NCBI GenBank assembly: GCA_038087875.1
Contig: CM075998.1
Location: forward strand, 1-64,000
Source of the DNA: Malacoraja senta
Taxonomy: Eukaryota
Direction of reading: 5' to 3'
Length of the DNA: 64,000 nt
Below the pieces are notes generated by a model. The model was not told where the DNA came from. It saw only the letters and a list, made by a program, of their open reading frames with translations, and ran no database searches. The position numbers were made by a program, and so were the translations under genes. Below are positions 1 through 13,627 of this stretch, piece after piece (the stretch's first letter is position 1; every line of letters starts with the position of its first letter).

Positions 1-1752
1 AAGTGAATGTTGAAACCCCCGCATTGAGCACCTTGTACGGACCCTCATACACCCGCTGTAACGGCGAGCGATGAGCGTCTCTACGGAGAAAAACATAAGC
101 ACAATACCGTAACACAGAAGGCACATGAACCGAAGACGAACCGTGCCGGGAAGTTGGAACTGGGACCAAAGCGTGCGCCCGCTTGCGAAGGTCCTCCAAC
201 ACCTGCGAGGTGGCATTCTCCTGATCCCGGGGGGGCAGGCAAGAAATCCCCGGGAACCCGCAAAACCGAGCCATAAACTAACTCGGCCGAGGAGGCTTTG
301 AGGTCTTCCTTGGGCGTTGTCCTGATGCCCAGGAGGACCCAAGGTAACTAGTCGACCCAATCAGGGCCGGTGAGTCGTGCCTATAACGCCGACTTAAGAT
401 GTCTGTGGAATCGCTCGACCAGCCCGTTAGACTCAGGGTGGTAAACAGTAGTTTGATGTAACGTGGCACCGTACATCTGCGCCATACCGCCCCATAGGGA
501 AGATGTGAACTGGGCCCCGCGGTCCATCATTATATCTGAGGGGACCCCGATACGGGCGACCCAATTCGAGACAATGGCCCTCGCGCATGCCTCGGCGGAG
601 GTATCCGCTAACGGGATGGCCTCTGCCCACCTGGTAAACCTGTCCACGATAGTCAGTAAGTGGGTAGCCCCGCGCGAACAAGGTAAGGGACCTACCAGGT
701 CTACATGGATGTGCAGGAACCGTCCGTCCGGGACATCGAAATCCTGGACCGGCTGGTGTACATGTCTCTGCACTTTGGAGGTCTGACATGGGATACAGGA
801 ATGAGCCCATGCAGCGACTTGCTTCCTCAAGCCATGCCAGACGAACTTCGCAGCGACTAGGGCAGAGGTAGCGCGAATTGACGGGTGCGCTAAACTATGG
901 ATGGTGTTGAAGATCCGGCGTCGCCAAGCGACCGGGACAATTGGTCGGGCTTTACCGGTGGAAACATCACAAAGAACCCGCGCGCCGGAGGCCGCCGCAA
1001 GGCACTTCAACCAGCTTCAGTCCAGATTCAGTGTTGTGGTAAATCCCCAGTTGGCAGCTGCCAACTCCTGGTAATCGATACCTAGACTAAGAGCGGAGAC
1101 CTCGGGCAGCGCTGGACGAGATAATGCGTCGGCCACGACATCAGCTTTCTTGCCACATGTCGAATGTCAGAAGTGAATTCTGAAATATAGGCAAAGTGCC
1201 GTAGCTGCCTAGCAGACCATGGGTCGGAAACCTTGGTCAATGCGAACGTTAGTGGTTTGTGATCGTTGAATGCGGTGAAAGCTCGCCCTTCTAGGAAATA
1301 GCGGAAATGGCGGATTGCTAGGAAAGCGCTGTATTTAATTTCCGGGGCTCGCAGTTGCCTGCTGAAAAACGCCAGCGGCACCCAGCGACTGCCTACCCGC
1401 TGCACAAGGACGGCCCCCACCGCGACATCGGAGGCGTCTACGGTGAGTGCCGTTTGGGCCGAATCCCTGGAGTGTACTAGCGTAGTGGCGTTGGCCAATG
1501 CCGTCTTGGCCCCTTCAAAAGCTTTCTGCATCTCCTTAGACCAAACTAGGTCCTTGGGCTTACAGGCCAGGCATTGGAATATTGTCTGCATGATGGCGGC
1601 TGCCGACGGGACAAAATGGTGATAGAAGTTAACCATCCCGATAAACTCCTGGAGACCCTTAATCGACAATGGCCTGGGGAATTGCCGAATGGCGTCGACT
1701 TTCTCGGACAATGGTTGCGCTCCCTGGGAAGTGATACTATGCCCCAAGAACG

Positions 1753-1866
1753 GCAGGTACGGGATACTGAGTTGGATGATCAGCCATGATCGTATTGAAT
1801 GGCGGTGCAGGCTCGAAGGGCCGAATGGCCTACTCCTGCACCTATTTTCTATGTATCTATGTATCT
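1753..1866 (+). mobile_element. CR1 LINE 3' tail inserted in the Gypsy RT
   Basis: Matches the CR1 3' UTR at 62500-62615, ends in (CTATGTAT)n, flanked by AACG repeats (1749-1752, 1867-1870); removing it restores RT peptide ISFLGH. Confidence 0.9.
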
Positions 1867-3695
1867 AACGAGATAGAGCGCAGCCCGAACTAGAACTTCT
1901 CGGGATAGATTACCAACCCGTGTTCGTGCAGCCGTTCGAAAAGTAAGCGGAGGTGTTTGTTATGTTCTGCCTCCAAGCGGCTGGCCACCAGGATGTCATC
2001 CAGGTAGATGAAAACCCCGACCGACCTGATCCATTAACCTTTGGAATGCCTGGGCTGCGCTCTTCAGGCCAAAGGGCATTCTGAGCCACTCAAAAAGGCC
2101 GAACTTAGGGATGTCGTCAGGGTGGACCGGGATTTGGTTATACCCGCGGATGAGATCGACCTTCGAGAAGACGGTCGCCCCTTCCAAATGGGCCGAGAAA
2201 TACTGAATGTTTGGGACCGGATACCGGTCGGCCGTGGTTATTGCATTTAAACGTCAATAGTCGCCACAAGGCCTCCAACCTCCGGACGCTTTAGGTACCA
2301 TGTGTAACGGGGAAGCCCATGGGCTATCCGACCGCCGGACAATTCCCATGTCCTCCATGAGCTGGAACTCGTCCCGTGCGATGCGCAGTTTATCAGGCGG
2401 GAGACGGCGCGCACGGGCGTGTACTGGTGGACCCTTGGTGGGAATGTGATGGACTACGCCATGACGGGGCGTGGCCCCATTGAGCCGGGGCGTGAGCAAC
2501 CCTGGAAAATCGGCGAGCAGGGTCGTGAAAGGTTTCTGGATCTCAGCTACCTCAGATAGTTGCTGCGAGGGCGTTGACGGGTTGCGCGGTGTGTCAGGGT
2601 GTGGGCCCAACGCATGGATCATTCGACCACCCCGTATGTCAACTAACAGGGAGAACGCGCGCAAGAAATTGGCGCCCAGGATCGGTTGGGCGACGTCAGC
2701 AACGATGAACTTCCACCTGTACTAGTGGGAGTCGAAATTTAGTTTCGCGGTCCGCGTACCGTAGGTGTGAATATTGCTCCCGTTTACGGCCGAGGGAACA
2801 GGTCCCACCTTACCCACACAGAGGTCCTGCGTGTTTGGAGGGAGGATACTGACATGGGCACCTGAATCTACCAGGAAACGGTAGCCGGAATGGCGATCAC
2901 GGACGAAGAGGCGTGTGTTGGGGCCGATCGCGTTCGCCTCTATGGACGATCGGCGGGGGCGTGTCCCAGAAACGAACAAGGGCTTCGGCATCTTCGGGCC
3001 CCGAGCCCGTATCGCTGGTGGTAGTAGCACCATCTCCGTTGGCTGTAGGTCGATGTCCGCGATGCTTCGTCTTCGACGCTGGGCTGCGTATCTTCCTCTC
3101 GTTGTCGGAGCGGCTGCACCCATTGCGTGACCATGGGGCGGGCGACGGCGTGTACGTCCCGCCGTCTGAGTGCCCAGAGCTCGTCTTCTCTTTCCGCGAG
3201 CCGCTGCGGGTCGCTGAAATCAGCTCCTGTTAACATCAGCTGCACTTCGTCAGGCATCTGCTCTAAGAACGCCTGTTCGAAAAGCAAGCAGGGTCGATGC
3301 CCGTCCATCAGGGCCAACATCTGGGCCATGATCGTCGATGGCCTTCGGTCGCCGATGCAGTCCATATGGAGCAGTCTCTACGGGTCAGACCGTAAGCATG
3401 AAACACCCGGCCTTCAACCCTTCGTACTTGCCGCTGGACGGAGGGTCTCTGATAAAGGGCAACAGCCTCGAGGCACAGTCCTGCGGTAACGCTCCTACCA
3501 CATGGAAATACATGGTCTCATCGTGGTCGATACGATGAAGGTGGAATTGCGCTTCCACATGGGCGAACGACACTTGAGGTTGATCTGTCCAAAAGGCTGG
3601 CAGTTTGAAAGCCGGTGAGCCTTGCCTCGTGCTGGCTGATTCTGTAGAAGGACCTTCTTCCTGCATAATTCTTCTGTCTAACGACGGCTAGACAG

Positions 3696-3708
3696 GTCGG
3701 GGTCACCA
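3696..3708 (-). promoter_or_regulatory. Primer-binding site, tRNA-Trp type
   Basis: TGGTGACCCCGAC immediately inside the LTR, complementary to the 3' end of eukaryotic tRNA-Trp. Confidence 0.85.
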
Positions 3709-3709
3709 A

Positions 3710-3934
3710 TTTAGCGGTTCGATAAACGACGACTGGAGTTTCAACCAAAACTTTATTCGAAAGTAAGTTGCAGTACACAAGTTTGTCAAACACGTCTGAC
3801 CACATCAGTGGTCAGCACTCAACTAACTCGCGCCAAGGGAAAACCGCGCCAAAACAACGGCCCCTCCCGGATCACGTGACGCGGCTTCCGAACACCGGGT
3901 TCGATATCTGCGTGTGCTAGGTGGCGCCGCTACA
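3710..3934 (-). repeat. 5' LTR of the Gypsy element (~225 bp)
   Basis: Minus strand begins TGTAGCGG and ends CCGCTAAA (inverted termini, one mismatch), contains AATAAA (~3752-3757), abuts the PBS. Confidence 0.8.
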
Positions 3935-3949
3935 AGGGATTACATGATG

Positions 3950-5240
3950 ATCAGGCAAAAAGATTTTTTTTTAAAGAGAATATGGTTGGCCAACAGAATA
4001 ATAAACAATTAGTAATGCAAAAACGGAACCTTAGGCAAAAAATACCCGGGGCCCCCTGTCTGGCATGGTGACCCTGTCTATAGAAGAGAGGAACGAGGAA
4101 CAAATTCTGGAATGGTGTAGATCCCCTCCCCCATATGCCCTGGCCCGCAGCCCCTAGCAGCAGAACCACTAAGATCTCGTGGAGGGGGGTGGGGGAGTGG
4201 GTGCTCCGGCACCCATAAGAGGAAGGGCACCCCAGAAGAAAATGATACTGATAGTGACTCAGAAACTGAAATGAAAGAAGAGAAAGGGCTGAGGCAGTAG
4301 AGGAAGGAGGAGCAGTAATTGAATCCATCATTGAGAGAGAGAAACAAAAAGTGCAAAGTGCACTGACAACTAAAAAGACTAAAAAGATATTGCCAATGAG
4401 AGCAATGCCAAATCCATTGGCTGAACCCGGACCAAATGGTCCGCCGGCAGTAATGCATGTATATACCTCATGTGCCCACGGAAGCCGCAGGAGCCAGGAG
4501 ATGCTGTTGCTCTCCAAAAATGCCCCAGACCGAATTAAAGACCGACTAGGATTTGTGAACCATGTGCGGTTGATGCTGACCATGTATGAGGCAGCTGCTA
4601 GGGGTGTTTGCAGTAACGCCCGCCATCCTAAATCCCACTGAAGGGGCGAGATGAACGACCCTCATGAATACTGCAACTTGGGTGGTTCTCGAGGCTAACG
4701 ACCCCGCAAGAATTCTGGCTGTGCTCACCGCCATGACTGAATACCTATTGATATGGGCAAAGTAATCGAATGTAGACCCGTACAAAAGGAATCGGAGCAT
4801 GATTTCTGGGAAAGAATTATGACAACATTCGCACTTATACAGGATACGAGAACTTTAATTGCAGCCAACAGTCTGCACAGTTTAAAACAATCTTGAAACA
4901 ACTCTAGACCCTAAGGCTGCCTCATGGCTCAGCAGTAAAACAGTATGTTGACGACCTTTTGCTAGCACGTACATGGCCAAAGGAGAATGCTGAGGACACG
5001 CATGTGGTACTAGCAGCCATCTGCTGAGGACACTGATGAGGTACTAGCAGCCATCTTCCACTTTGGTTCCATTCTACCCAAACGGAAGTTAGTCCAGGGG
5101 CAGACGCAGGTAAGCTTTTTGGTATATTGCTAAGTGCTACAGAACGAGCATTACACCCACCTGGATGGATCCCATTGTGAACTACACCAGCCTTAAACAG
5201 ATGAGGGTTTTTGCAAGATTTCCTTGAGGTGTGTATAACT
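3950..5240 (+). mobile_element. Degenerate class I ERV gag/pol remnant
   Basis: Gag major-homology-like peptide IDMGKVIECRPVQKESEHDFWERIMTTF (4747-4830) and retroviral RT motif QYVDDLLLA (4941-4967); many stops; boundaries approximate. Confidence 0.65.
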
Positions 5241-5945
5241 GTATTTTACTTTTGTGAGAATTTTATTGCTTTAAAGTGTGTGAATATCTGAGATTCAGCA
5301 TGTTGCATGAGGTGTAGAAATTTGTGAGTGAATGTCACAGAAAAGATGGGTATAGAGTGAGTAAGTTTAAAGACTGTTACTTGTTTGTGGAACCGGTTCT
5401 GGGTGAATGTTGAAATCCTATAATTCAGATGAAATAAGATATCACTGAATGAGTTCGCTCTTCCACGTAATAAATATTTGTAGAGTCTCATGTGTTTTAA
5501 GTAGTGTCTTTTTGTGTTAGTTGTGTGGGGGTGGAACCACGCAGTTATTTTCTTTTCGTTTTTTTTAATATATGTTAAAAATCTAAATGGAAATTAACTG
5601 TTATTTCTTTGTTTTCTCTTAACTAACAGAGGAGAGATGCTATTATGCATTATTTTGTCTTATCGCTGTTTTAAGCATGTTTTCTCCTATTTCTTACCTT
5701 TTGAACTGGCCACATGGAATCCTGGTTAAAGTGTTAGATGGAGATGCCTATATCTCAGAAAAAAAAATATTTTCCGAAAATTATGATGAGTATACATTTA
5801 TACTAGGAATTTGAAATTGTGAATGGGGAGATTGGAACAATTGGGAATAATTTTTAATTTGCTTTTTCTTAATAATGATCTTCAGTTAAATTCTGCCTCA
5901 TGCAAGCTCTCAGTTCACCATCAAAACTGCACTTCCATGTCCAAG

Positions 5946-6028
5946 GTAGACACAAAAAGCTGGAGTAACTCAGCGTGACACGCAGCATCTCTAGAGAGAA
6001 GGAATGGGTGCATTTCGGTTCGAGTCCT
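5946..6028 (-). repeat. Short Penelope-type terminal repeat fragment
   Basis: Reverse complement resembles the 3' tail of the Penelope element (44705-44803). Confidence 0.6.
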
Positions 6029-6054
6029 AGCAGAATATGCTTCATCATAATGTT

Positions 6055-8335
6055 GAAGAAAGGGGTGACATAGAATCAGGAGATGTAGAGTCAGTATGGA
6101 TAGAACTGAGAAATTGTAAGGATAAAAAAGACCCTAATGGGAGTTATCTACAGGTCCCCAAACTGTAGCCTGGATATAGGGTGCCAGTTGAATCAGGAGT
6201 TAAAATTGGCATGTAGCAAAGGTAATGCTGTGGTTGTTCTGGGGATTTTAACATGTAGGTAGACTGGGTAAATCAGGTTGGTGCTGAACCCCAAGAAAGG
6301 GAGTTTGTGGAGTGCCTCCGTGATAGATTCTTAGAGCAGCTTGTACTGGAGTCTACCAGGGAGAAGGCAATTCATATTTAGTGTTATGTAATGATTTGAT
6401 ACTCGAGATAAAGGAGCCATTAGGAGGTAGTGATGTTTAAAGAGCAACTGAAGATAACTAAAAAGGCAATATGGGGAGAAAAGATGAGGTACCAAGATAA
6501 GCTAGCCAAGAATATAAGGGAAGATAGTAAAGCAGCTTTAGTTATGTGAAGAGGAAAAAATTAGTTAAGACCAAAGTTGGACCCTTGAAGACCAAAAAAG
6601 GTGAATTTATTATGGGGAACAAGGAAATGGCAGATGAGTTGAACAGGTACTTTGGATATGTCTTCACAAAGGAGGACACAAACAATCTTCCTGATATAGT
6701 AGTGGCCAGAGGATCTGGGGTGACCGCAGAACTGAATGAAATCCACATTAGGCATGAAATGGTGTTGGATAGATTGATGGGACTGAAGGTTGATAAATCC
6801 CCAGGGCCTGATGGTCTGCATCCCAGGGTACTTAAGGCTCTAGAAATCGTGGACGCATTGGTGATCATTTTCCAATGTTCTATAGATTCAGCATCAGTTC
6901 CTGTGGATTGGAGGGTAGCTAATGTTATCCCACTTTTTAAGAAAGGCAGGAGAGAGAAAACAGGGAATTATAGACCAGTTAGCCTGACATCGGTGGTGGG
7001 GAAGATGCTGGAGTCAATTATAAAAGATGAGATAGCCGCACATTGGGATAGCAGTAACAGGATCGGTCCGAGTCAGCATGGATTTATGAAGAGGAAATCA
7101 TGCTTGTCTAATCTTCTGGAATTTTATGAAGATGTAACTAGGAAAATGGACAAGGGAGAGCCAGTGGATGTACTGGACTTTCAGAAAGCATTTGATAAGG
7201 TCCCACATAGGAGATTAGTGGGCAAAATTAGGGCACATGGTATAGGGTGAGAGTGCTGACATGGATAGAAAATTGGTTGGCAGTCAGCAAACAAAGAGTA
7301 GGGATAAATGGGTTATTTTCAGAATGGTAGGCAGTGACTAGTGGGGTACCGCAAGGCTCGGTGCTGGGACCGCAGCTATTTACAATATACATCAATAATT
7401 TAGTTGAAGGGATTGTAAATAACATTGGCAAATTTGCAGATGACACAAAGCTGGGTGGCAGTGTGAACTGTGAGGAGGATGCTACGAGAATGCAGGGTGA
7501 CCTGGGCATGTTGGGTGAGTGGGCAGATGCTTGGCAGATGAAGTTTAATGTGGATAAATGTGAGGTTATCCACTTTGGTAGCAAAAACCTGAAGGATTAT
7601 TATTTAAATGGTGTCAAGTTGGTAAAAGGGGAAGTACTAAGGGATCTGGGAGTCCTTGTACATCAGTCAATGAAAATAAGCATGTAGGTACAGCAGGCAG
7701 TGAAGAAAGCGAATGGCATGTTGGCCTTCATAACAAGAGGCATTGAGTATAGGAGCAAAGAGGTCCTACTGCAGTTGTACAGGGCCCTGGTGAGACCACA
7801 CCTGGACTATTGTGTGCAGCTTTGGTCTCCAAATTTGAGGAAAGCAATTCTTGCTATTGAGGGAGTGCAGCATAAGTTCACAAGGTTAATTTCCGGGATG
7901 GCGGGACTGTCATATGCTGAGAGAATGGAGCGGCTGGGCTTGTACACTCTGGAGTTTAGAAGGATGAGGGGATCTTATTGAAACACATAAGATTATTAAG
8001 GGATTGGACACGCTAGAGGCAGGAAACATGTTCCCGATGTTGGAGGAGTCCAGAGCCAGGGGCCACACACAGTTTAAGAATAAGGAGTAAGCCATTTAGA
8101 ACGGAGACGAGGAAACACTTTTCCACCCAGAGAGTGGTGAATCTGTGGGATTCTCTGCCTCAGAGGGCGGTGGAGGCAGGTTCTCTGGATACTTTCAAGA
8201 GAGAGCTAGATAGGGCTCTTAAAGATAGCAGAGTCAGGGGATATGGGGAGAAGGCAGGAACGGGGTACTGATTGGGGATGATCAGCCATGATCACATTGA
8301 ATGGTGGTACTGGCTCCTGCACCTATTGTGTATTG
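6055..8335 (+). mobile_element. CR1 LINE, internally deleted (endonuclease fragment, RT, 3' UTR)
   Basis: [37 protein letters not shown] and FADD motifs in ORFs 6546-7981; typical CR1 tail. Confidence 0.93.
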
Positions 8336-8349
8336 ATTGTGATGGACGT

Positions 8350-8880
8350 TGTGAGATTCAAAAATCACAAACGCTTTTAGAGACAAAGTCGGCAAAGAAG
8401 CTTTTTATTTAAATCATATTCTGCAGAATAGGTGCCTCTCCTCTGAAATACCCTAGAGGCACACCGAGGATCGGGATGTCTTCTATCTTTATACATTTCA
8501 TGGGTATCATTGTCACACCCTCATCCCTCCCCATTGTGCTTCTTCCAATCATAACATAAAGCCCACATTCCCACGAGAACGTCCTGGAACGTCCACCCGA
8601 CGTCAAAGACACCTCCCATATCATGCATCGCATGTGCATTTAAATGAGACATCTTGTCATAGTGGGTGTGTGTACATATTCATGTAAGTTCATTGACCAT
8701 GCGCACAGAGTGTTTCTCCTGACCCTTACCCTAGTTCTATCCTGGACAGTCTCCTTATCTTCTCTGTTCTCATCCATGAAAAAGTCACCATCTGTGCTCG
8801 TTCTTCACTCCCCCTATCCTCCCTACTATACAAAGGGTTCTTGTCTAAATCAACTTATACCTATTAACCCCTTCCTCACA
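8350..8880 (-). repeat. 3' LTR of ERV-like copy A
   Basis: TGTGAG...CTCACA; near-identical to 12889-13419 (about 11 substitutions by eye). Confidence 0.95.
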
Positions 8881-8916
8881 ATCCACACTTTTACTTTTGC
8901 TACTGCAATCTTTGAT

Positions 8917-9851
8917 TTAGACTATCTGCCCCTTCTCTAATGCTAGCAGCAGAATCTTCGCCTCCTTATCTTCCTCTCGCTGGTCATACTGTGTTTTAAA
9001 TTCGATAGACAGGGAGGTGAGACCTGCTAGGGCTGTCGATACTGACCCATCAGGAGCAGTGCTGTTGGGGATGAAGGTGCAACATTGTTCCCCAAACATT
9101 ACACACACACCCCTCCCTTCTCAGCCAGTAGCATGTTTAAGGCCATGCCATTTTGCCAGGCCATTAGGCTGGTATCTGTCAGTTGTTCCGCTAATCCTTC
9201 AACTGCATCTCGAGTGTAATTTATAAAGCGTTGTTGATTGTAGTATAGGTAGTTGATCCAGTCCACATTTTTATTAAGTGTGGACCACCAGAAGAGTATG
9301 GACTCAAAGCCCGCAGGAATCTGGTTTCTGGCTTTGAATTCATCGGGTACCCCTCTTGGCACCCCTATCGCATCTATATATATGTGTGTGTCGAAGGGTC
9401 TGTCCTTCGGCCCTTTGTATTGTTGTTGCTAGCCGGGAATAGGTAATGATAACTCTGGCAGGTCGCATCCTTTGGTAGGATGGGATTCGTGAATAGCTGT
9501 AGTATACATGACATAGCCCCAGGTGTCCTATCCCAATTCAAGGGAAATGGTTCTGGAACCAGCTGAGGCTTAGCTCTGGTGCAGGCGTAGCAATTGGTGT
9601 GTTGCATACTCCTGGCCGTGTACATCATCCAGGCAAGCCAGGTGTTGGCTCCCTTCCCTCCTGTAGGTATTCCCTCCTCATATAATTGCCTTAATTCTGT
9701 TTCTCCTGCTACTATCATTATCTTCAAATCCTTAGACTCATTCTCCCTGTTCTATCTGCAGATCCTTCCACTTTCCTGCATTTGAACACTCTGTATGCTT
9801 ACATAGTTGGGTAACCACCCAACACACGACCCACCAACACGAAATCTTCAT
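8917..9851 (-). pseudogene. env: Internally deleted gamma/epsilon-type env of copy A
   Basis: PRGVPDEFKARNQ, LLAEKGGVC and CCTFIPN pieces; at least three deletions relative to copy B. Confidence 0.9.
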
Positions 9852-10246
9852 TTTTCCCGCGAGTTCTTGTTAAACATTAAAGTCAATGGTTCCTCTCCTT
9901 TGCGCACAGTCCACGGGCTGATATTGTTTGGTGGGGCCTCCACAGGACCCTTAAATCGGCTTGCGTTTGTCCACCCTTTTTCTTTTGTTTGTACTGCTGT
10001 CTCGGTGATTAGTAACACCAGGTATGGTCCAGTCCACTTAGGTTGCAGCTTTTCTTCCTTCCATGATGTTACAAGATCCCAGTCCCCCGTTTTCACAGAA
10101 TGGATTGGAAAGTCGAGATGGGGACTCTGTGCCAGCAGCCCCTTGGTTCTTAATTCTGTAATAGAACGAGATACTGCCAGTAAATAGTTCCTTAGGAATA
10201 CATCATTCCCTTGTATTTGTTGGGACCTGTTCTATCGTTCCTAAAT

Positions 10247-11181
10247 AATAAAGACCTAACTTGTTCAACCTTTCTCTTAGTTGCTGAAACCCAGTCAACA
10301 TTCTAATTGATCTCCTCTGTACTCTCTCTATTTTGTTGACATCCTTCCTATAATTATACCTACCAAAATTATACACCATACTCCACAATTGACCTCACCA
10401 ATACCTTGTACAATTTAACATTATACCCAACTTCTATACACAATGCTCTGATTTATAAAGGCCAACACACCAAAATCTTTCTTTACCATCCTATCTTCAT
10501 GAAATTCCACCTTCAGGGAACTATGTACAGTTATTCCTAGATCCCTCTATTCAACTTCATTCCTCAATTCACAATCATTTACCATGTACGTTCAATTTTG
10601 ATTTGTCCTGCCAAGATGTATCATCTCACACTTATCAACATTAAACCTATCTGTCATGTTTCAACCCATTCTTCCAAATGATCTAAATCTCTCTGTACAC
10701 TTTTTAAAATCTACTTCATTATTCACAACACCACCCATCTTAGTATCATCTACATACTTATTAATCTATTTTACCACACCAACATCCAGATTATTGATTC
10801 ACATGACAAACAACAGTGGACCCAACACACATCCCCGAGATACCCTTCTAGTCACTGACCTCCAACCTGACAAACATCCATCCACCATTGCTCTCTGACA
10901 TCTCCCATACAGCCACTTTTTAATCCATCTTGCTATTCCTTACTAACCCTTCTTAACCAACCTTATTTCCTTATTGAACCTTGTCAAAGGCCTTACTGAA
11001 GTTCATCTAGACAACATCCATCACTTTACCCTCATCAATTTCCCTAATAACCTTTTCAAAAAATTCAAGATTAGTCAAACATCACAATCACAAATCCATG
11101 CTAATTCTTCCTAATCCTACCCTATTCTTATATATTGTCCTAAGTATGCTTTCCATTATTTTGCCCACCACTGATGTCAAA
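10247..11181 (-). mobile_element. Captured, diverged CR1 RT fragment inside copy A
   Basis: Aligns to young CR1 19498-20462; same breakpoints and derived substitutions as 17627-18472. Confidence 0.88.
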
Positions 11182-12865
11182 CAACGTTCTTGTTCAAACT
11201 CTACTCTTTTCTCACATCTTTTTTCTCCTGTTCACTTACCTCAGGGCTATTATCTATTCATACCTGCGGGACAGCCCTCAGGTATTATTGAAATGGTACC
11301 AGGTATTTCAACCTTCTACCTGAACATCGGTCGGTAGTTTAGAAAACTCATACATACACCTTCTCTTCAGGTTTAAAGGATCCTTCCTCCTGGTCCACCT
11401 CCAACAGCTTTTACTTTTCCTGTTCATAAATAGACTTGTATATCATAATTAACTGTTTCATATACTTTTTAAATTCTATCTTTAACTGTTCCAAACTCGG
11501 TCTCTTGTAGGGACCTCTCCATTGTGCAACCTGCTCGGTTAGTTTGCATGCAACATCTCTTCAATGCCAATGGCAGGGCATCGATCCAATTCAACTTTGT
11601 AATTAAACAAATCTTATTTATATTAACCTTCAATGTTCCATTTATTCTTACATACCCAAATGTGTATTTTACTCTAAGGGTCTCTATCGCCAACTTAGCT
11701 ACTCCCTAAATGAAAACAATCCGTTGTCAAAGCTGATTTCTGTAGGTCTACCAAACCTCTTAATTACCTTATTCATCATAAACGACACTACAGGGCTTAT
11801 ACCTATTCTAGTCTGAACTATATCCTGCCTTTAAATCCCTTTCTCTCTTGGGGACCCCAGTCCTGTTAGGGCTTATATCCAGATTAATTTCACTCCTGAT
11901 AGGACTTTTTGAGGAAACGTACCCCAAAGACATTCATTATTGGCATGTAATTCTCTGGCCCTGCTTGGTTCCGTCATAGGACTCACTTAGGTTTATTGAC
12001 AACACCTCCTCCTGCTGGTTTGCAAGTCTTTTTCCTATCTTTGCGATATTTCTCGACCGCAGAGACCAACTGTTCGCTGAATCTGCTTGACTTTAAGAAG
12101 AATGACATCCACCACAGTAGTTCATAATATAATGTTCATCAATCAACTCTCCACCTTTTCAGCTGGTTTTCCAGATAGGCTATTTGCCTTTCCTTGTGTA
12201 TCTCCTCTTGTTCCTTGGGGTTCCTCTTAAGTGGGTAACATTGTCTGAGGGTCTGCCATACCCTCTGCCTGACTGTGTCAAACAGTATGCCATTGCTTGT
12301 TACATTGTTCGCATCAGTTTATACCATCCATCTTCAGTTCTGTCACTTTAGTGGTTCCTATCACTTTTACCAACAGTGCCTTCAAATCTTCCATGATCAA
12401 TAATCGTCCCACGTTCTCCTCCTCCAAAGCCCTAATCCATTTCCTCCCCCATCAGGGATATAGGGTGAGGTATTTTTTTAGCCCTTTCAGTTTATGGGTG
12501 CCCCAAGGGATAATCCGTGTCTGTCCTTCTCTTTTCTCTTTAAAGCAGTCTCATCACTTTATCCCAATGCTTCCAACTTTAATCCTTTCTGGTATGCCTT
12601 CTTTCTAATTCTAAACTCAATTTCTTGCTTCTCAAATATTCTAGCCTCCTTGCAAAAATCTTCCACTGACTCCTCCTGCTTTATTACTTTCACGATCTTC
12701 CTCCCGATTGGATTTCCAACTACTCCCACTTCTTTGCTGAGTCTCTGTTCAGGGATACCACTCGCCCAAACCGCTGACGGCAATCTAGGGGTCTAGGACC
12801 GCTGAAATCAACGGGGTGCACCGTCCTTTCTTCCGTATACCGTTGTCAGCCAGCCGGAGTGGGGG

Positions 12866-12883
12866 TCCCGAGACGAGCCCCCA
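12866..12883 (-). promoter_or_regulatory. Primer-binding site, tRNA-Pro type (copy A)
   Basis: TGGGGGCTCGTCTCGGGA just inside the 5' LTR; canonical Pro PBS plus one extra T. Confidence 0.88.
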
Positions 12884-12888
12884 AAAAT

Positions 12889-13419
12889 TGTGAGATTCAA
12901 AAATCACAAACGCTTTTAGAGACAAAGTCGGCAAAGAAGCTTTTTATTTAAATCATATTCTGCAGAATAGGTGCCTCTCCTCTGATGTCCCCTAGAGGCA
13001 CACCGAGGATCGGGATGTCTTCTATCTTTATACATTTCATGGGTATCATTCTCACACCCTCATCCCTCCCCATTGTGCTTCTTCCAATCATAACATAAAG
13101 CCCACATTCCCACGAGAACGTCCTGGAACGTCCACCCGACGTCAAAGACACCTCCCATATCATGCATCGCATGTGCATTTAAATGAGACATCTTGTCATA
13201 GTGGGTGTGTGTACATATTCATGTAAGTTCATTGACCAAGTGCACAGAGTGTTTCTCCTGACCCTTACCCTAGTTCTATCCTGGACGGTCTCCTTATCTT
13301 CTCTGTTATCATCCTTGAAAAAGTCAACATCTGTGCTTGTTCTTCACTCCCCCTATCCTCCCTACTATACAAAGGGTTCTTGTCTAAATCAACTTATACC
13401 TATTAACCCCTTCCTCACA
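12889..13419 (-). repeat. 5' LTR of ERV-like copy A
   Basis: Direct repeat of 8350-8880, adjacent to PBS. Confidence 0.95.
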
Positions 13420-13436
13420 ACCTGATGGATCAGGCA

Positions 13437-13500
13437 GAGAGAACATGCAAACTCTACACAGCCAGTGCCCAAGGTTAGGGTTGAATGTGGATCCTTGCAC
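13437..13500 (-). mobile_element. HE1/V-SINE-like fragment
   Basis: GAGAACATGCAAACTCTACACA resembles the reverse of the V-SINE core, followed by a degenerate reverse B-box-like stretch. Confidence 0.5.
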
Positions 13501-13627
13501 TTCAAAGTGTACCTTATTTTCCAAATGGCTCCAGATCTGGCTAAAATCAGAAAAAAATAAGCATAGCTTGAAACGCATCACAATGAGTGAGGTGAATGTC
13601 TGTAGTTGTCTGTCCAGTTGTTGTGGA

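Larger units (their letters stand above)
1..3934 (-). mobile_element. Ty3/Gypsy LTR retrotransposon, decayed gag-pol; 3' end lies outside the window
   Basis: Minus-strand ORF pieces in Gypsy order: gag (FKLPAFW, 3385-3666 and 2940-3365), protease (FLVDSGA, 2722-3123), RT (SPWASPLHMVPK, MPFGLK, YLDD), RNase H (TVDASD, 1082-1747), integrase (HHCC, HVDLVGP, ESNGLVER, 381-1010); several frameshifts. Confidence 0.95.
8350..13419 (-). mobile_element. Non-autonomous ERV-like element, copy A (LTR, gag relic, IN relic, captured CR1, second IN C-terminus, deleted env, LTR)
   Basis: Two 531-bp TG...CA direct repeats, tRNA-Pro PBS, purine-rich tract before the 3' LTR, env TM motifs, imperfect 4-bp TSD ACGT/ACCT; no PR/RT/RNase H motifs found. 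Confidence 0.92.
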
